DNA of 63,934 bases, filler included, from Octopus bimaculoides (GCF_001194135.2; 7 parts of 7 records of this genome joined end to end with filler, not necessarily neighbours in it), one strand, 5' to 3'; counted from the whole stretch's first letter, positions 28,483 to 40,771 are shown. The notes: a model not told the origin generated them from the sequence alone. Program-made: numbers and translations.

Positions 28483-28742
28483 ATGGCACCTTGATCAAGT
28501 ATCTTCTACTATAGCCTCAGGACCACCAAAGCCTTGTGAGTGGATTTGGTTGACAAAAACTGGAAGAAGTCTGTCTGTGTTTGTCCCCTGCCAGTGTTGG
28601 TGTGTACATGTCTCTGTAAGCTAGTGGTTCAGCAAAAGAGACTGATAAAATAAGTACTGAGGTCGATTCATTTGACTAAATGTTTTTCAAAGTGGTGCCC
28701 CAGCATGGCAGCAGCCCTAATGACCGAAATGAGTAAAAGATT
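28483..28742 (+). mobile_element. SINE family B, 5'-truncated, internal microsatellite lost
   Basis: GGCACCTTGATCAAGT, CCAAAGCCTTGTGAGTGGATTTGG, GGTGCCCCAGCATGGC, GAGTAAAAGA. Confidence 0.85.
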
Positions 28743-28767
28743 GTGTGTAAATTTCATATTCTTGCAG

Positions 28768-28989
28768 CTGACTACGAGCGTAACCAGGAGGAGGAGAGGG
28801 ATCAAAGGTCACAAGTAACACATGGTACAAAGCGGAAACGTGAGAGCAGCAGCGGAGGAGGAGGAGGTAGCCGCAACAAACGCAGCAGCGGAGGAGGAGG
28901 AGNNNNNNNNNNGAGGAGGAGGAGGCGGCGGCGGCAGCAGCAGTAGCCGCAACAAGCACTCAAAGAAGTCGAAGAAATCCAGAAAATAA
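28768..28989 (+). CDS. Candidate terminal coding exon, Gly/Ser-rich with basic NLS-like C-terminus
   Basis: TTCTTGCAG acceptor at 28767; DYERNQEEERDQRSQVTHGTKRKRESSSGGGGGSRNKRSSGGGG [10 N] GGGGGGGSSSSRNKHSKKSKKSRK*; frame across the gap assumed. Confidence 0.45.
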
Positions 28990-29068
28990 GAGAGCGGTGG
29001 TGCGTGTGTTTTTTGGATGCTGGTTTTCGGTCGTCCTGGTGGCATGGTTAGGGGGTTTTGTTGGTGGG

Positions 29069-29132
29069 TGTGTGAGTGAGTTCCACCACTCGACCTGTGT
29101 GAGTGAGTGCCACCACTCGCCCTGTGCGAGTG
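29069..29132 (+). repeat. 27-bp tandem repeat, about 2.4 copies
   Basis: TGTGTGAGTGAGTKCCACCACTCGMCC twice plus a partial unit. Confidence 0.9.
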
Positions 29133-29184
29133 GGGCTTACTCAAATGTCGTAATTACAATGGGTGTTGCTCACTACTTCAACTC

Positions 29185-29360
29185 ACACCATCTCCATCAC
29201 TACCACCACTGCCACCACCACTACCACTACCACACTTGTAACCACCACCACTCCTACTACAACAACCACCACCACTACTACCACAGGTACAATAACTATC
29301 ACTAAAGTTATTACCATCACTACTATTATTATTGATACTACTACTACAACTACTAATACA
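29185..29360 (+). repeat. (CAC/TAC)n low-complexity tract
   Basis: Read directly; explains the poly-T/H ORFs. Confidence 0.9.
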
Positions 29361-29929
29361 GGTCCTACTGTGCAGGACGTCTATCCATCCCTTCTACCTG
29401 GCCATCCCTCCTGATGTATCAAAACCCACTTCTAAGATCCCATTCGACACATTTTCCACATAACTATGTTTGTCATGGCATCACACACACACACACACAC
29501 ATATCTAAATGGCCCCTGCCTTCTTCTACCTGCCTCTCACATGCATATACATATATATATACATACATGCATACATATGTGTATATATATATATACACAT
29601 ATGCACACACGCACACAGACATGTAACAGTTTGCTGTAAAAGAACTGGTCCTTATTTTGTGGCCCCCCCCCCTTTTGGATTGTTGAGGAAAAGTTGCAAC
29701 AATGCAAAAGCAAGAACGAGAGAGAGTGAGAAAGAGAGCGAGAGAGAGTGTAATAGAATTATTGGAGCTAACAAACAAACAAAATATGTGACTAAAAAAA
29801 AAAGAAAAAAAAGACTAAAATGATGAGATATACAAAACAAAGATTATAAATAAATAAAATGATTTAAATTGCTTTGGTTGTTGAAACATCCTAGTATGTG
29901 TTTGTGTGTGTATGTAACTGTCTCTTTGT

Positions 29930-30133
29930 GGAGGCACGTGGTTTCGATTCCTGGACCGGGCGACGCGTTGTGTTCTTGAGCAAGACACTTCATTTCACAT
30001 TGCTCCAGTCCACTCAGCTGGCAAAAATGAGTAACGCTGCGATGGACTGGCGTCCCGTCCAACTGGGGAATACATACGCCATTGAAGCCGAGAAACCGGG
30101 CCCATGAGCCTGGTTAGGCTTTAAAAGGGCGCA
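29930..30133 (+). mobile_element. SINE family C (tRNA head with internal deletion, CORE-like then V-like segment)
   Basis: GGTTTCGATTCCTGG, GTTGTGTTCTTGAGCAAGACACTT, GCGATGGACTGGCGTCCCGTCCA; domain names from recall. Confidence 0.8.
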
Positions 30134-30249
30134 TATATTTTTTTATTAATTGTCTCTCTACACTGTTTGTAGTTTATTGTCCCGTTAAGGTAGGATCAAC
30201 ATAAAATGTACTCCATCCAGTGAGAAATAAATCTTGCTCTGTCCCATGG

Positions 30250-30426
30250 TATCGAATTAATCATTGCATTATCTCACAGCTGTGAGATTTTGGTGATTTA
30301 ACTCTTTACTCTGGGAATGATATTGTGTGGGTAAGTTTAAGAGGTTGGATCTGATTGGTTTTGAAACATAAAGACAGTCAAATATTTAAGCCAGATATGG
30401 TTGGTTTTAAAATGTTAAAGGGTTAA
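30250..30426. mobile_element. Partial TTAA MITE of the 52564 family
   Basis: Ends AATGTTAAAGGGTTAA; GAATTAATCATTGCATTATCTC shared with the 52564 copy. Confidence 0.7.
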
Positions 30427-30783
30427 TGTACACAGTATAAAAGTACAAGGTACTAATAGTTATAAAAACCTGCCAAGACAAGTGTTTCCAGAGCATGAAA
30501 CTATTAATGGCTTGTATCTTTATACTATATATATATTAAATGCGAGACGTTAGTAAGCATGTACATGGCTTGAAGTGGACTTGATCAACAAAGTTTGTTA
30601 TCAGGTATGTGTTATTATAGATGGAATTTCTAGTAAGTGGCTGCCACTGTACAACTCTCAGTTTAGCAGCGTAGATTGCTAGCTATGTGATTAAGTTTAA
30701 GAGTGTAGGTAATGAAGAAGGTAATTCCAGGCTGTATATGTTCCCAAGCCTCTCTGAACATGTTTTCTGTAACTTTTATATAT

Positions 30784-30866
30784 ATTATTTACATTTGACG
30801 GATATTTGTCCTCATCTTGTTTGTTGTCAACAAGATGAGGACAAATATCCGTCAAATGTAAATAAT
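30784..30866. repeat. Perfect 38-bp inverted repeat with 7-nt loop
   Basis: Arms 30784-30821 and 30829-30866 checked base by base. Confidence 0.97.
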
Positions 30867-31351
30867 GTAAATAATTCCTCATCTCTTAAATAAAGAACTG
30901 CAACTTTTATATATATATATATATATGTACACACACAGATATTAGATATGGTGTTATGAGTTATATTAAGCATTCTCAGACTGATTTGGAAATAGGGGGC
31001 GGAGAGAGAGAAAGGTACTGTATGTTCCAGTGGGTATCAAGTGGGAAAAAAAAAGGGGCGATGTTCAACCAATTGAAATAAAGACCTCAGCCTGAGAGTG
31101 AATAAAAATTTTATCCAGAATCTTCAGTCCAACAGAATACATTTTATCAGGTTAATGATTATAGCTGAGATGCTTATGTAATATTAGGATAAATACTTTA
31201 TAAGAATTTATGAAGTAGTGTGAAAAAACCTCATAAGTAAAAAAAAAACAACATTTTTTTCCGTAAATATATATAAGGGCATTACTATACAATAATGCCC
31301 TTATANNNNNNNNNNTAAGTAAAAAAAAAACAACATTTTTTTCCGTAAATA

Positions 31352-31389
31352 TATATAAGGGCATTACTATACAATAATGCCCTTATATA
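31352..31389. repeat. 15-bp inverted repeat with 8-nt loop; copy before the adjacent 10-N gap is likely an assembly overlap
   Basis: TATATAAGGGCATTA / TAATGCCCTTATATA. Confidence 0.9.
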
Positions 31390-32539
31390 AATACATGTTT
31401 ACATGGATGTCTGTATGCTTGTTTTTTGTTTGTATATATGCGTGTGTGTATGTTCTCATGAGGATATGTCTTATTTTTGTTGGTGTGTTTTGCATGTTAC
31501 GTTCATGTTATTTCTTGATATACTGTATTTTAAGATGTATTAGGAACTCCCTAATTTTTTGAGCTTAAAACTTGGGAAAAAAAGTTTTGTAAGGGATTAT
31601 AATACTGTCCCTGTGTAAGAAACAACCATATTTTTTTAACCTAATTTTTGACAATAAAACTGGTTCTGTATACACGTTAAAATACAGTATGTATGTGTAA
31701 CAGAAGACAAGATTTTTTCATTAGCTTGACAGATTGTATCCAGACATATATAATTGTCCCACCCATGCTAGCATGGAATGTGGATGTTAAATGATGTCAT
31801 GTGAATTTAAAAGCTGATGAGCTTAATCATTACCATGTTTCAGAGAAGATGCTATCATTATATATACATGAATGCGTGAATATTTAGCATATCTATATAC
31901 TTCGTCTGTTTCTATGTCTATGTGAAAATAAAGCATTGTCTTTGTGGGCATATTGCATGAACCTTTCTATAAGGTGAATGAATATTCTAGGTATGACATG
32001 AGGATGCAGAGTTGGTCGATGTTTTATTACATACAAATAATATTTGTGTATGTGTATGTATGTAAATGTGTGTGTGTATATATATATATATATGTGTGTG
32101 TATACTAATTATTCATGTGTGAATATATATAGATATATGTTTTATGTATCTACGTACATGTAATTACAGGTAAGAAAATCTGGAAATATCAAGAAATCAA
32201 TATTATCTTTAGTTTCTGTTTTCCCTTGTTTGTTAAAGTTATCAAAAACCGTGTTTAATTCTTCTCATACTATCATTATTGTTATTTTAATATTGTAATA
32301 TTTGTTTTTTTTTTTCTTGTTTTTTCTTTTCATTTCGAAACTGTTTTTGAAAAACAAAAAACAAAAAATGATTGAACTTGCTCTTTTTCTTTCTATCTAA
32401 GCTAATTGTTTTGTCAAGTCTGAGGTGAACAAATAAATATCGCTACATTCTACTACCCCCACATTAAACGTTTGGGGATAAACTGCAATTGATCGAAATA
32501 CGAATACAAAACAGCAACATTTGCATTGAGCCAAATGAT

Positions 32540-32860
32540 TATCATCATAGCATTTACTATCACTTTCCCAGGCTTTCATAGAATTTTTCCTGCAGTTGGA
32601 TGCCCTTCCTATGTTGCCAACGACCAGCCGTTTCCAAGCAAGGTAATATTTCCCCATAACCAGACATGTTTTTGCAGAATACTGGGAACAAAGGGCACCA
32701 CTTGTAGGACAGGGGCACTCGTTTACAGCTATCATGCATTGTCGTTACAAAGAGACATATACAATAGGCTTCTTTTAGTTTCTCATTGATGGCTTTTGGC
32801 ATGGGATTGTAGATCAAGTGTCTACCTCAAGGAACGAGCATTTATACAGCCTCATCTTGG
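32540..32860 (-). mobile_element. Decayed retroposon 3' end with RTE-type tail
   Basis: Minus strand GTTGGCAACATAGGAAGGGCATCCAACTGCAGGAAAA followed by a TGATGAT-like tail. Confidence 0.55.
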
Positions 32861-32869
32861 AGGAGATGA

Positions 32870-32901
<32 letters not shown>

Positions 32902-32922
32902 TCATGTATATACACACACATA

Positions 32923-34483
32923 CACAGGCATGACAAGTAATTAGACACCCTTCTAATCATTAAAATTTAAATCTGAAATTATACATTCAAATTATTTATT
33001 CATTGTTATAATGTAAATATTTAGTAGACATGCCCAATGCGTTTTTCAATGCAAGGGGACCCTATTAGGCATGACGAATATTCTCTTGCGAAGTTTCATG
33101 TAGTAATCTCAAAAGATCTGGCTTTGAAGATGCTTTTTTCTTTTTATGAAGTNNNNNNNNNNNNNNNNNNNNNNNNNNNNNNNNNNNNNNNNNNNNNNNN
33201 NNNNNNNNNNNNNNNNNNNNNNNNNNNNNNNNNNNNNNNNNNNNNNNNNNNNNNNNNNNNNNNNNNNNNNNNNNNNNNNNNNNNNNNNNNNNNNNNNNNN
33301 NNNNNNNNNNNNNNNNNNNNNNNNNNNNNNNNNNNNNNNNNNNNNNNNNNNNNNNNNNNNNNNNNNNNNNNNNNNNNNNNNNNNNNNNNNNNNNNNNNNN
33401 NNNNNNNNNNNNNNNNNNNNNNNNNNNNNNNNNNNNNNNNNNNNNNNNNNNNNNNNNNNNNNNNNNNNNNNNNNNNNNNNNNNNNNNNNNNNNNNNNNNN
33501 NNNNNNNNNNNNNNNNNNNNNNNNNNNNNNNNNNNNNNNNNNNNNNNNNNNNNNNNNNNNNNNNNNNNNNNNNNNNNNNNNNNNNNNNNNNNNNNNNNNN
33601 NNNNNNNNNNNNNNNNNNNNNNNNNNNNNNNNNNNNNNNNNNNNNNNNNNNNNNNNNNNNNNNNNNNNNNNNNNNNNNNNNNNNNNNNNNNNNNNNNNNN
33701 NNNNNNNNNNNNNNNNNNNNNNNNNNNNNNNNNNNNNNNNNNNNNNNNNNNNNNNNNNNNNNNNNNNNNNNNNNNNNNNNNNNNNNNNNNNNNNNNNNNN
33801 NNNNNNNNNNNNNNNNNNNNNNNNNNNNNNNNNNNNNNNNNNNNNNNNNNNNNNNNNNNNNNNNNNNNNNNNNNNNNNNNNNNNNNNNNNNNNNNNNNNN
33901 NNNNNNNNNNNNNNNNNNNNNNNNNNNNNNNNNNNNNNNNNNNNNNNNNNNNNNNNNNAATATGACAGTGTCCCAAAATGCTAGTGGCGTCTCCATCTCA
34001 CTCGCCAAATCTTTTCTCCGCTTGATATTGGCTGGTTGAAGAAGTGGCTTCCTTCTTGCTGCTCTGCCATAGTAACCAAGTTCTGGGACTGACATCAACT
34101 TGTTCTGCTATGTCAGAGGCCTTGCAATGAGGATTATCCTCCACACTTCTCTTAACAAAGCGAAGGGTCCTGTCAGAGGGCTTTGGTTGATCTGGGTGAG
34201 GTGATGCGGACTTCTTCCCTTCTCTGCTGAATTGCACAATCACTCTATTAACTGTAGAAAGCGGGTTCTCAAGGTTTTCAGCGATTTTATGCTATGTCCA
34301 CTTTCAGAATGACCCACAATACGGCCTCTTTGAAATTCAGACAGTTTCAAAGCTTGTTTTGTACATGGCAGGATTAAACAGACACGTACAGGACCTGAAA
34401 CATAAAAATATAAACCATAACGAGTTGGAATCGACATAAAACGATGTTCAATGGGATGTCTATTTACTTCTGTCATACCTATG
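32923..34483 (-). mobile_element. Tc1-family DNA transposon, apparently full span, transposase disrupted, centre in gap
   Basis: Imperfect TIRs of about 28 bp (CACAGGCATGACAAGTAATTAGACACCC / GGGATGTCTATTTACTTCTGTCATACCTATG) flanked by TA; peptides LSEFQRGRIVG, LGYYGRAARRKPLL, FWDTVI, GMSTKY. Confidence 0.9.
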
Positions 34484-34699
34484 TATAAAGTGAGTTGATC
34501 TACTCAAGTCGATCCTTTGATTTAATCCTAATAATTCATTTTTGTAAATATAGACATAAGACGTAGGATTTGGCTAAGTGGGTTTGTCGATCAAATCTCA
34601 TCCCCACCTCCATACTATAAGCTTTAAAACCACCATCTTTCGTGTAGGAAAATTACCAAAGAAAGTACGATATAGATATAGTTAATATATAGTCTAGTC

Positions 34700-35325
34700 A
34701 GAGTTGCTCCCCTTTCACTAGCAAACTTTACAGATGCGTCTCAGAATTACCAGTTTGGTATTGATCGATTTTTTTTTTTAAATATTGGAAAGAGATACTA
34801 CATGAAAACTATTACGGCCAAGAATCTTTCCAAAATTTAAATTCCATTTGAAAGGAACAAGATTTCGAGACATACAGGAAATTCAAGAGAATGTAATGAG
34901 ACAGCTGCTTGTTATCCCCACCAAAAGAAGTTCCACGAATGGAAACGACACTGAATAAAGTGTGTGGCTCCAGAGGGTCTACAGCGCAGGAAATGAAATA
35001 CCGAATTGATACNNNNNNNNNNNNNNNNNNNNNNNNNNNNNNNNNNNNNNNNNNNNNNNNNNNNNNNNNNNNNNNNNNNNNNNNNNNNNNNNNNNNNNNN
35101 NNNNNNNNNNNNNNNNNNNNNNNNNNNNNNNNNNNNNNNNNNNNNNNNNNNNNNNNNNNNNNNNNNNNNNNNNNNNNNNNNNNNNNNNNNNNNNNNNNNN
35201 NNNNNNNNNNNNNNNNNNNNNNNNNNNNNNNNNNNNNNNNNNNNNNNNNNNNNNNNNNNNNNACGTGTTGTAGTTTTCTTTTTTTATAGCACCAGTCCGG
35301 ATACTTTTCGATCTGACCTCGAACG
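34700..35325 (+). mobile_element. Mariner remnant (transposase C-terminus and right TIR)
   Basis: FPKFKFHLKGTRFRDIQEIQENVMRQL..FHEWKRH*IKCVAPEG; CAGTCCGGATACTTTTCGATCTGACCTCG resembles a mariner TIR. Confidence 0.75.
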
Positions 35326-35902
35326 CGCTACTTCAAACAATTGATTGGTTAATTCGATCGAATCGATCCCGCATTTGATTGCTACTTATTTTATATCGGT
35401 GTTGAAATATCAAAAGCAAAACTGTCTCTAGAATATAGAAGATTGCAGTTAAACCTTATCCCACATTTTAATCTGATTCTTACTCACCGTGTAAATCCAC
35501 TCGGTCCATGTAGGGGCATGAAAACATGTCTAAAAAAAAAAAAAACACTTTCATAGACTTAAAAATTCCACTTGGAAAAGGAAAGTGAGGAAGAAGAGAG
35601 AAACTTTACCTCGCAGTCAATTGGCGAAAAGATGCGTGACTGGCAAAAAATGGTTAGAGTGAATGGCTTTACTCACAAGCATGTGCCTGTAGACTGGAGA
35701 GCAGCAGTTGGTTGAGGGCTTGTTGCCTTTGGTGTCCAGGGTAATCTTCGATATGTAGGGGTTCCTTGATTGGCCCTAGTTGTAGGGCCAATCCAGAGGA
35801 CTACATCATTCATGTTGTAATATACTTAGTACGCTATGTGTACTCTTTTCACCTTCTCCCTTCTCCTCATCTTTTATGTAAATTCCTACACTTCCTCTTC
35901 TT

Positions 35903-36398
35903 GAGGTGAACTGGAAGAATCGTTAGCACTCCGGACGAAATGTTTAACGCCATTTCTTCTGTCTTCACGTTCCGAGTTCAAATTCCATCCAGGTCGATTA
36001 TGCCTTTCACCTTTTATCGAGGTCGATAAATTAAGTAAGAGCGAAACACCACCAAATTCCAGGCCTTGTGCCTAGAGTAGAAATTATTATTGTTATTACT
36101 ATTATTAAGGCGGGTTAGCATAAAGGTCAGTGCTTCGAAACAAATGCTTAGCAGGATTTTTTCCCGGCTTTTTACGTTCTGAGTTGAAATTCTGTCGAGG
36201 CTGACTCCTCTTTCATATTTTCATGACAATAAAATGAGTACCTGTCACGTACCAGAGTTGATATGGTCGACTTTTGCAACTATTATTACAGCGGTGAGCT
36301 TGCAGAAGGGTGAACGCTTCGTAAAAACGTCTGAGCGGCATTTCTTCTGACTGTTTTCAACCCTGTTTCAAATTCCACCGGTGCCAAAATTTGAAACT
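35903..36398 (+). mobile_element. Three head-to-tail SINE family A copies separated by (TTA)n
   Basis: Heads at about 35903, 36109 and 36290, each followed by a box-B-like GTT(C/G)AAATT motif; TATTAT spacers at 36083-36106 and 36281-36288. Confidence 0.8.
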
Positions 36399-36451
36399 AT
36401 GGAATCAAAAATTCCGACAATAAACCGTACGTAATGTGCTCAAAGGAAATT

Positions 36452-36850
36452 TCTGTGGTAAGTAGCTTGCTTACCAACCACATGGTTCCGGTTTCAGTCC
36501 CACTGCGTGGCACCTTAGGCAAGTTGTCTTCTACGATAGCTTAGGGCCGACCAAAGCCATGTGAGTGGATTTGGTAGACGGAAACTGAAAGAAGCACGTC
36601 GTATATATGTATATGTGTTTGTCCCCCCACCACTGCTTGACAACCGATGCTGGTGTGTTTACATCCCCGTAACCTAGCGGTTCGGCAAAAAGTCGCCGAT
36701 AGAATAAGTACTAGGCTTACAAAGNNNNNNNNNNTCGGCAAAAAGTCGCCGATAGAATAAGTACTAGGCTTACAAAGAATAAGTTCTGGGGTCGATTTGC
36801 TCGACTAAAGGCGATGCTCCAGCATTGCCGCAGTCAAATGACTGAAAAGA
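36452..36850 (+). mobile_element. SINE family B, near full length
   Basis: High similarity to 48324-48808; 39-bp duplication across the 10-N gap is likely an assembly overlap. Confidence 0.92.
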
Positions 36851-37372
36851 GTATATGGTGATGAGAAATATTTCAAACTGGAACAACTGAGTACAAGTTA
36901 TCCATTAACCATATTTTTTTTCGTTTTACATCCCCGCCTTAAATTACCTCCCCTACCATAAGAGTTGCCTCCCTTGTTTACCTATTTCTTCCAAGTAAAA
37001 TAATCGGCTTATTTGAACTTAAAGTCGCTTCCTTTCGATTCTAAATTGCATGTGTTTAATTTGATCCCCTTCTTAATAAACTTGAAGAAGAAACAAGTAA
37101 ACCCACTCCTNNNNNNNNNNNNNNNNNNNNNNNNNNNNNNNNNNNNNNNNNNNNNNNNNNNNNNNNNNNNNNNNNNNNNNNNNNNNNNNNNNNNNNNNNN
37201 NNNNNNNNNNNNNNNNNNNNNNNNNNNNNNNNNNNNNNNNNNNNNNNNNNNNNNNNNNNNNNNNNNNNNNNNNNNNNNNNNNNNNNNNNNNNNNNNNNNN
37301 NNNNNNNNNNNNNNNNNNNNNTGCTATTCATTCTGCTAGCTCGCCACCTGAATCCCTTCTAAGGCCTCAAAT

Positions 37373-37535
37373 TTATGGGGAGGGGGATAATCGATTACAT
37401 CGACCCCAATGTTCAACCTCGAAAGAATGAAAGGCAACGTTACCTCGGCAGCGATTGCATTCAGAACATAAAGACGGACGAAATACGGCTAAGCATTTCG
37501 TCCGGTGTGCTGAAGATTCTGCTAATTTGGTCTTT
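37373..37535 (-). mobile_element. SINE family A, internally deleted
   Basis: Reverse complement of the family A head and core (CTAAGCATTTCGTCCGG; ATCGATTACATCGACCCC). Confidence 0.8.
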
Positions 37536-37589
37536 GCATAGCCCAAGTACAAATTTCGGAATGGCATACTTGACAAAGTGTGACCACGC

Positions 37590-38830
37590 CTGTTTATTGG
37601 TTAGGAATATCTACAATTGCTGCTGCCGTAACGCATATCTGCGCATTTTCAGCCCCGTCATACCGAATCCGCTGCGCAAAGCGTGTTGGTTGCAGAAGGA
37701 CCGCTTGACTAGTGGAATCCGTCCCTTCCACTAGAACTGGAAGAACAAACGCTCTGACTTGGTGTGATACGAGCTGGAGCAAGGCACGACAGTCAGCCGC
37801 TGATATATAACAGAGCAGATATACGCGTTCGCCCCTTCTGCCCAACTCCTCAGATCGCTTCCTCTTTCCTCTCGGCCCATTTCTGGACGAGTGACCACTC
37901 TCCTCGTTAACTCGTCCCAGTTTTTAACCACTTGGAGGTGTGGGCTAAAGTAGAACCCAAGAAATTCCATCTGTCCATCCGACTAGCGTCACACGACGCT
38001 GCTGAGCAGCATGGATTTGTCTTTCCAGGTGCGATGCTGCAAACCCACTGATTACTTGGGTTAATTTTTGTTCCAGTCTGCTCTTCATATTCCTCTAGGT
38101 AGTTGCCGACCACTCCGATTTCTGAGGTTCCCAACACCATTCCGGTGACGTCGTCCGCATATGCATACACAGTCCGTCCACGTCGCAGTTCGAGCGGGAT
38201 GTTCTCTAACAGCTCCAGTTTCCGAAGTGGTAGCTCGGGATCAGTATGTACAAAAGGGAAGAGAGAGAGTGTATCTTTGGCGTATGATCTGAAACGGTTC
38301 TGATTGGTGGCCGTTAACTCTGACCACTGAGCAGATTCTGCTGTGCATTGAAACGATCCAGTCTTTAAAAACGGGATCGAAACAGGCTACCTTGATAACT
38401 TCCCCAAAGAATCGATGGTCAACCCGAGCGATAGCTTTTGATTGTTCTTAATTGATCTGAGCCCAATGAAACCAGATTTACTTCCTACCCTCTTTATGAT
38501 GAATCACATGAGGTGGAGTTGAGTATTGACCTGGACGAAATACGTATATCTGCGCTTCCTCGAATCACACTTTTGACGACGAATGCCAACATCTTTGTTA
38601 ATATCTTGACTAGAATCGTAAACTGTGTGTGTGTGGAGAAGAGTTATAGCCCGGAAATTTTCAATTACGTCCCCATTGTTCGCGTCTTTCCTTATTAGGG
38701 TAACTACTCTCCGGATTACTTACAGAGCTAGGAATTCTCCCGTTCTGTTGCCAGTTGAGAGGACACCGGCGAATTAGCTTGGTATATATGAAAGAACTCG
38801 ATGATGGTGATGGTGCTGCTGCCGAGTTTT
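37590..38830 (-). pseudogene. Tx1/L1-clade reverse transcriptase remnant
   Basis: NWQQNGRIPSSV, QSKAIARVDHRF, VVRVNGHQSEPF, YAYADDVT, NAYICSVIYQRLTVVPC, WKGRIPLVKRS; many stops and frameshifts. Confidence 0.9.
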
Positions 38831-39237
38831 TCTGTGGTATTCCCAACTCCGAGTACTCCGACGTTAGTCAGCTTGTTGTTGTTATTATTATTTTCGCGCT
38901 CGCTTCCGTCACCACCCATCATGCAAATTACTTCGCCATTGAAAAAGGAGAAGGAAAAACTTCGTCTTCCTTGAAGACACCGAGATCTTGAACATGGATT
39001 TCTTTTTCTCTTAACGTCACCGAGCTATTTTCAGGAGGCAAAATTTACCCTCTAAGGGCTAAAGCTAACACAGAACACTAGCCAAAGAATTTCTGGTACC
39101 CTTACTGACAAATTACAATAAAATATGCGTACATAAAGACACAAAACTGGTGAAAAAACAACGATTCCAAGAGAGACTTACACAACATGGTCAAAATTAC
39201 GTCTGAACTATTCCACAGCAAATAATAATAACAATAA

Positions 39238-39587
39238 TGCCCGGATGCAGTACCAAGCAGTTGCTCTCATGGCTTCTGATCTTAACTGATTGGAAGTGTT
39301 ATCATGTACATTGTTTTGTCTTCGTATAAAAGATGGGCTACAGCAAATATTCTGCTCAATACCACAGATTTGCTTGTCAGTTCCTTGACCGTAACTAGTT
39401 GAGCGTGTCCCTTAGTGGCTGACGATATGTGCATCTCTGACCCCGAGCAGAAGTAGTGGGGGAGCATCATAGCCATGTATTGAGAGGAATTCTTTAGGGT
39501 TTGAATAATTCACCTTTGTAAACATGGGTGTTTTGCTCAACATCCTTAAAGAAACCTTATTCAGGGACCTTTTGAGCGGGATGGGCT
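39238..39587 (+). mobile_element. (AAT)n-abutting repeat element with no recognisable ORF, copy 1 (orientation arbitrary)
   Basis: Starts right after AAT tract 39221-39238; clear reverse-complement homologue of 43040-43390; runs into a gap. Confidence 0.85.
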
Positions 39588-40444
39588 NNNNNNNNNNNNN
39601 NNNNNNNNNNNNNNNNNNNNNNNNNNNNNNNNNNNNNNNNNNNNNNNNNNNNNNNNNNNNNNNNNNNNNNNNNNNNNNNNNNNNNNNNNNNNNNNNNNNN
39701 NNNNNNNNNNNNNNNNNNNNNNNNNNNNNNNNNNNNNNNNNNNNNNNNNNNNNNNNNNNNNNNNNNNNNNNNNNNNNNNNNNNNNNNNNNNNNNNNNNNN
39801 NNNNNNNNNNNNNNNNNNNNNNNNNNNNNNNNNNNNNNNNNNNNNNNNNNNNNNNNNNNNNNNNNNNNNNNNNNNNNNNNNNNNNNNNNNNNNNNNNNNN
39901 NNNNNNNNNNNNNNNNNNNNNNNNNNNNNNNNNNNNNNNNNNNNNNNNNNNNNNNNNNNNNNNNNNNNNNNNNNNNNNNNNNNNNNNNNNNNNNNNNNNN
40001 NNNNNNNNNNNNNNNNNNNNNNNNNNNNNNNNNNNNNNNNNNNNNNNNNNNNNNNNNNNNNNNNNNNNNNNNNNNNNNNNNNNNNNNNNNNNNNGTAAGC
40101 ATTAAAAGGATAGAAACTAGTGAAAAACATGAACTGGGTGAATATATCGATGTCGAATGACAATGAGAATTACTGAAGCGAAATATACAACAGATATTGT
40201 TATAAAAAGACGGAGACACCATGAATATTACTAAAATAGGACTAGAAACCTTGGAAAGGGTAAGAAACAAACGAAATATACAGAAAGTAATAATTGAAAA
40301 AGAAACCGTCCGGAAGTCGACTGAATGAACGTGAAATGATTAAAGAACGCGGCGGCAATAGTAGTTAAGTAGGCGAAGATGTTGAAATAGAATGACATCA
40401 AGGGAGAAATAAAAGAGGTTTTCGAAACAGTAGAAAGGGTTAGA

Positions 40445-40771
40445 TGTTGTTGTTGGCACTCCGTCGCTTACGACGACGAGGGTTCCAGTTGATCCGATCA
40501 ACGGAACAGCCTGCTCGTGAAATTAACGTGCAAGTGGCTGAGCACTCCACAGACACGTGTACCCTTAACGTAGTTCTCGGGGAGATTCAGCGTGACACAG
40601 TGTGACAAGGCTGACCCTTTGAATTACAGGCACAACAGAAACAGGAAGTAAGAGTGAGAGAAAGTTGCGGTGAAAGAGTACAGCAGGGTTCGCCACCATC
40701 CCCTGCCGGAGCCTCGTGGATCTTTAGGTGTTTTCGCTCAATAAACACTCACAACGCTCGGTCTGGGAATC
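40445..40771 (-). mobile_element. tRNA-derived SINE family D with (CAA)n tail
   Basis: Minus strand box-B remnant GATTCCCAGACC, long body, ends GAGTGCCAACAACAACA; decayed relative at 47530-47670. Confidence 0.75.

Noticed and set aside
31234-31389. 72-bp direct repeat; similar cases at 36686-36773 and 20741-20759
   Set aside because: Each abuts or straddles a 10-N gap, typical of overlapping contig ends.
35768-35793. 11-bp hairpin as a Helitron 3' end
   Set aside because: No CTRR terminus at the expected distance on either strand.
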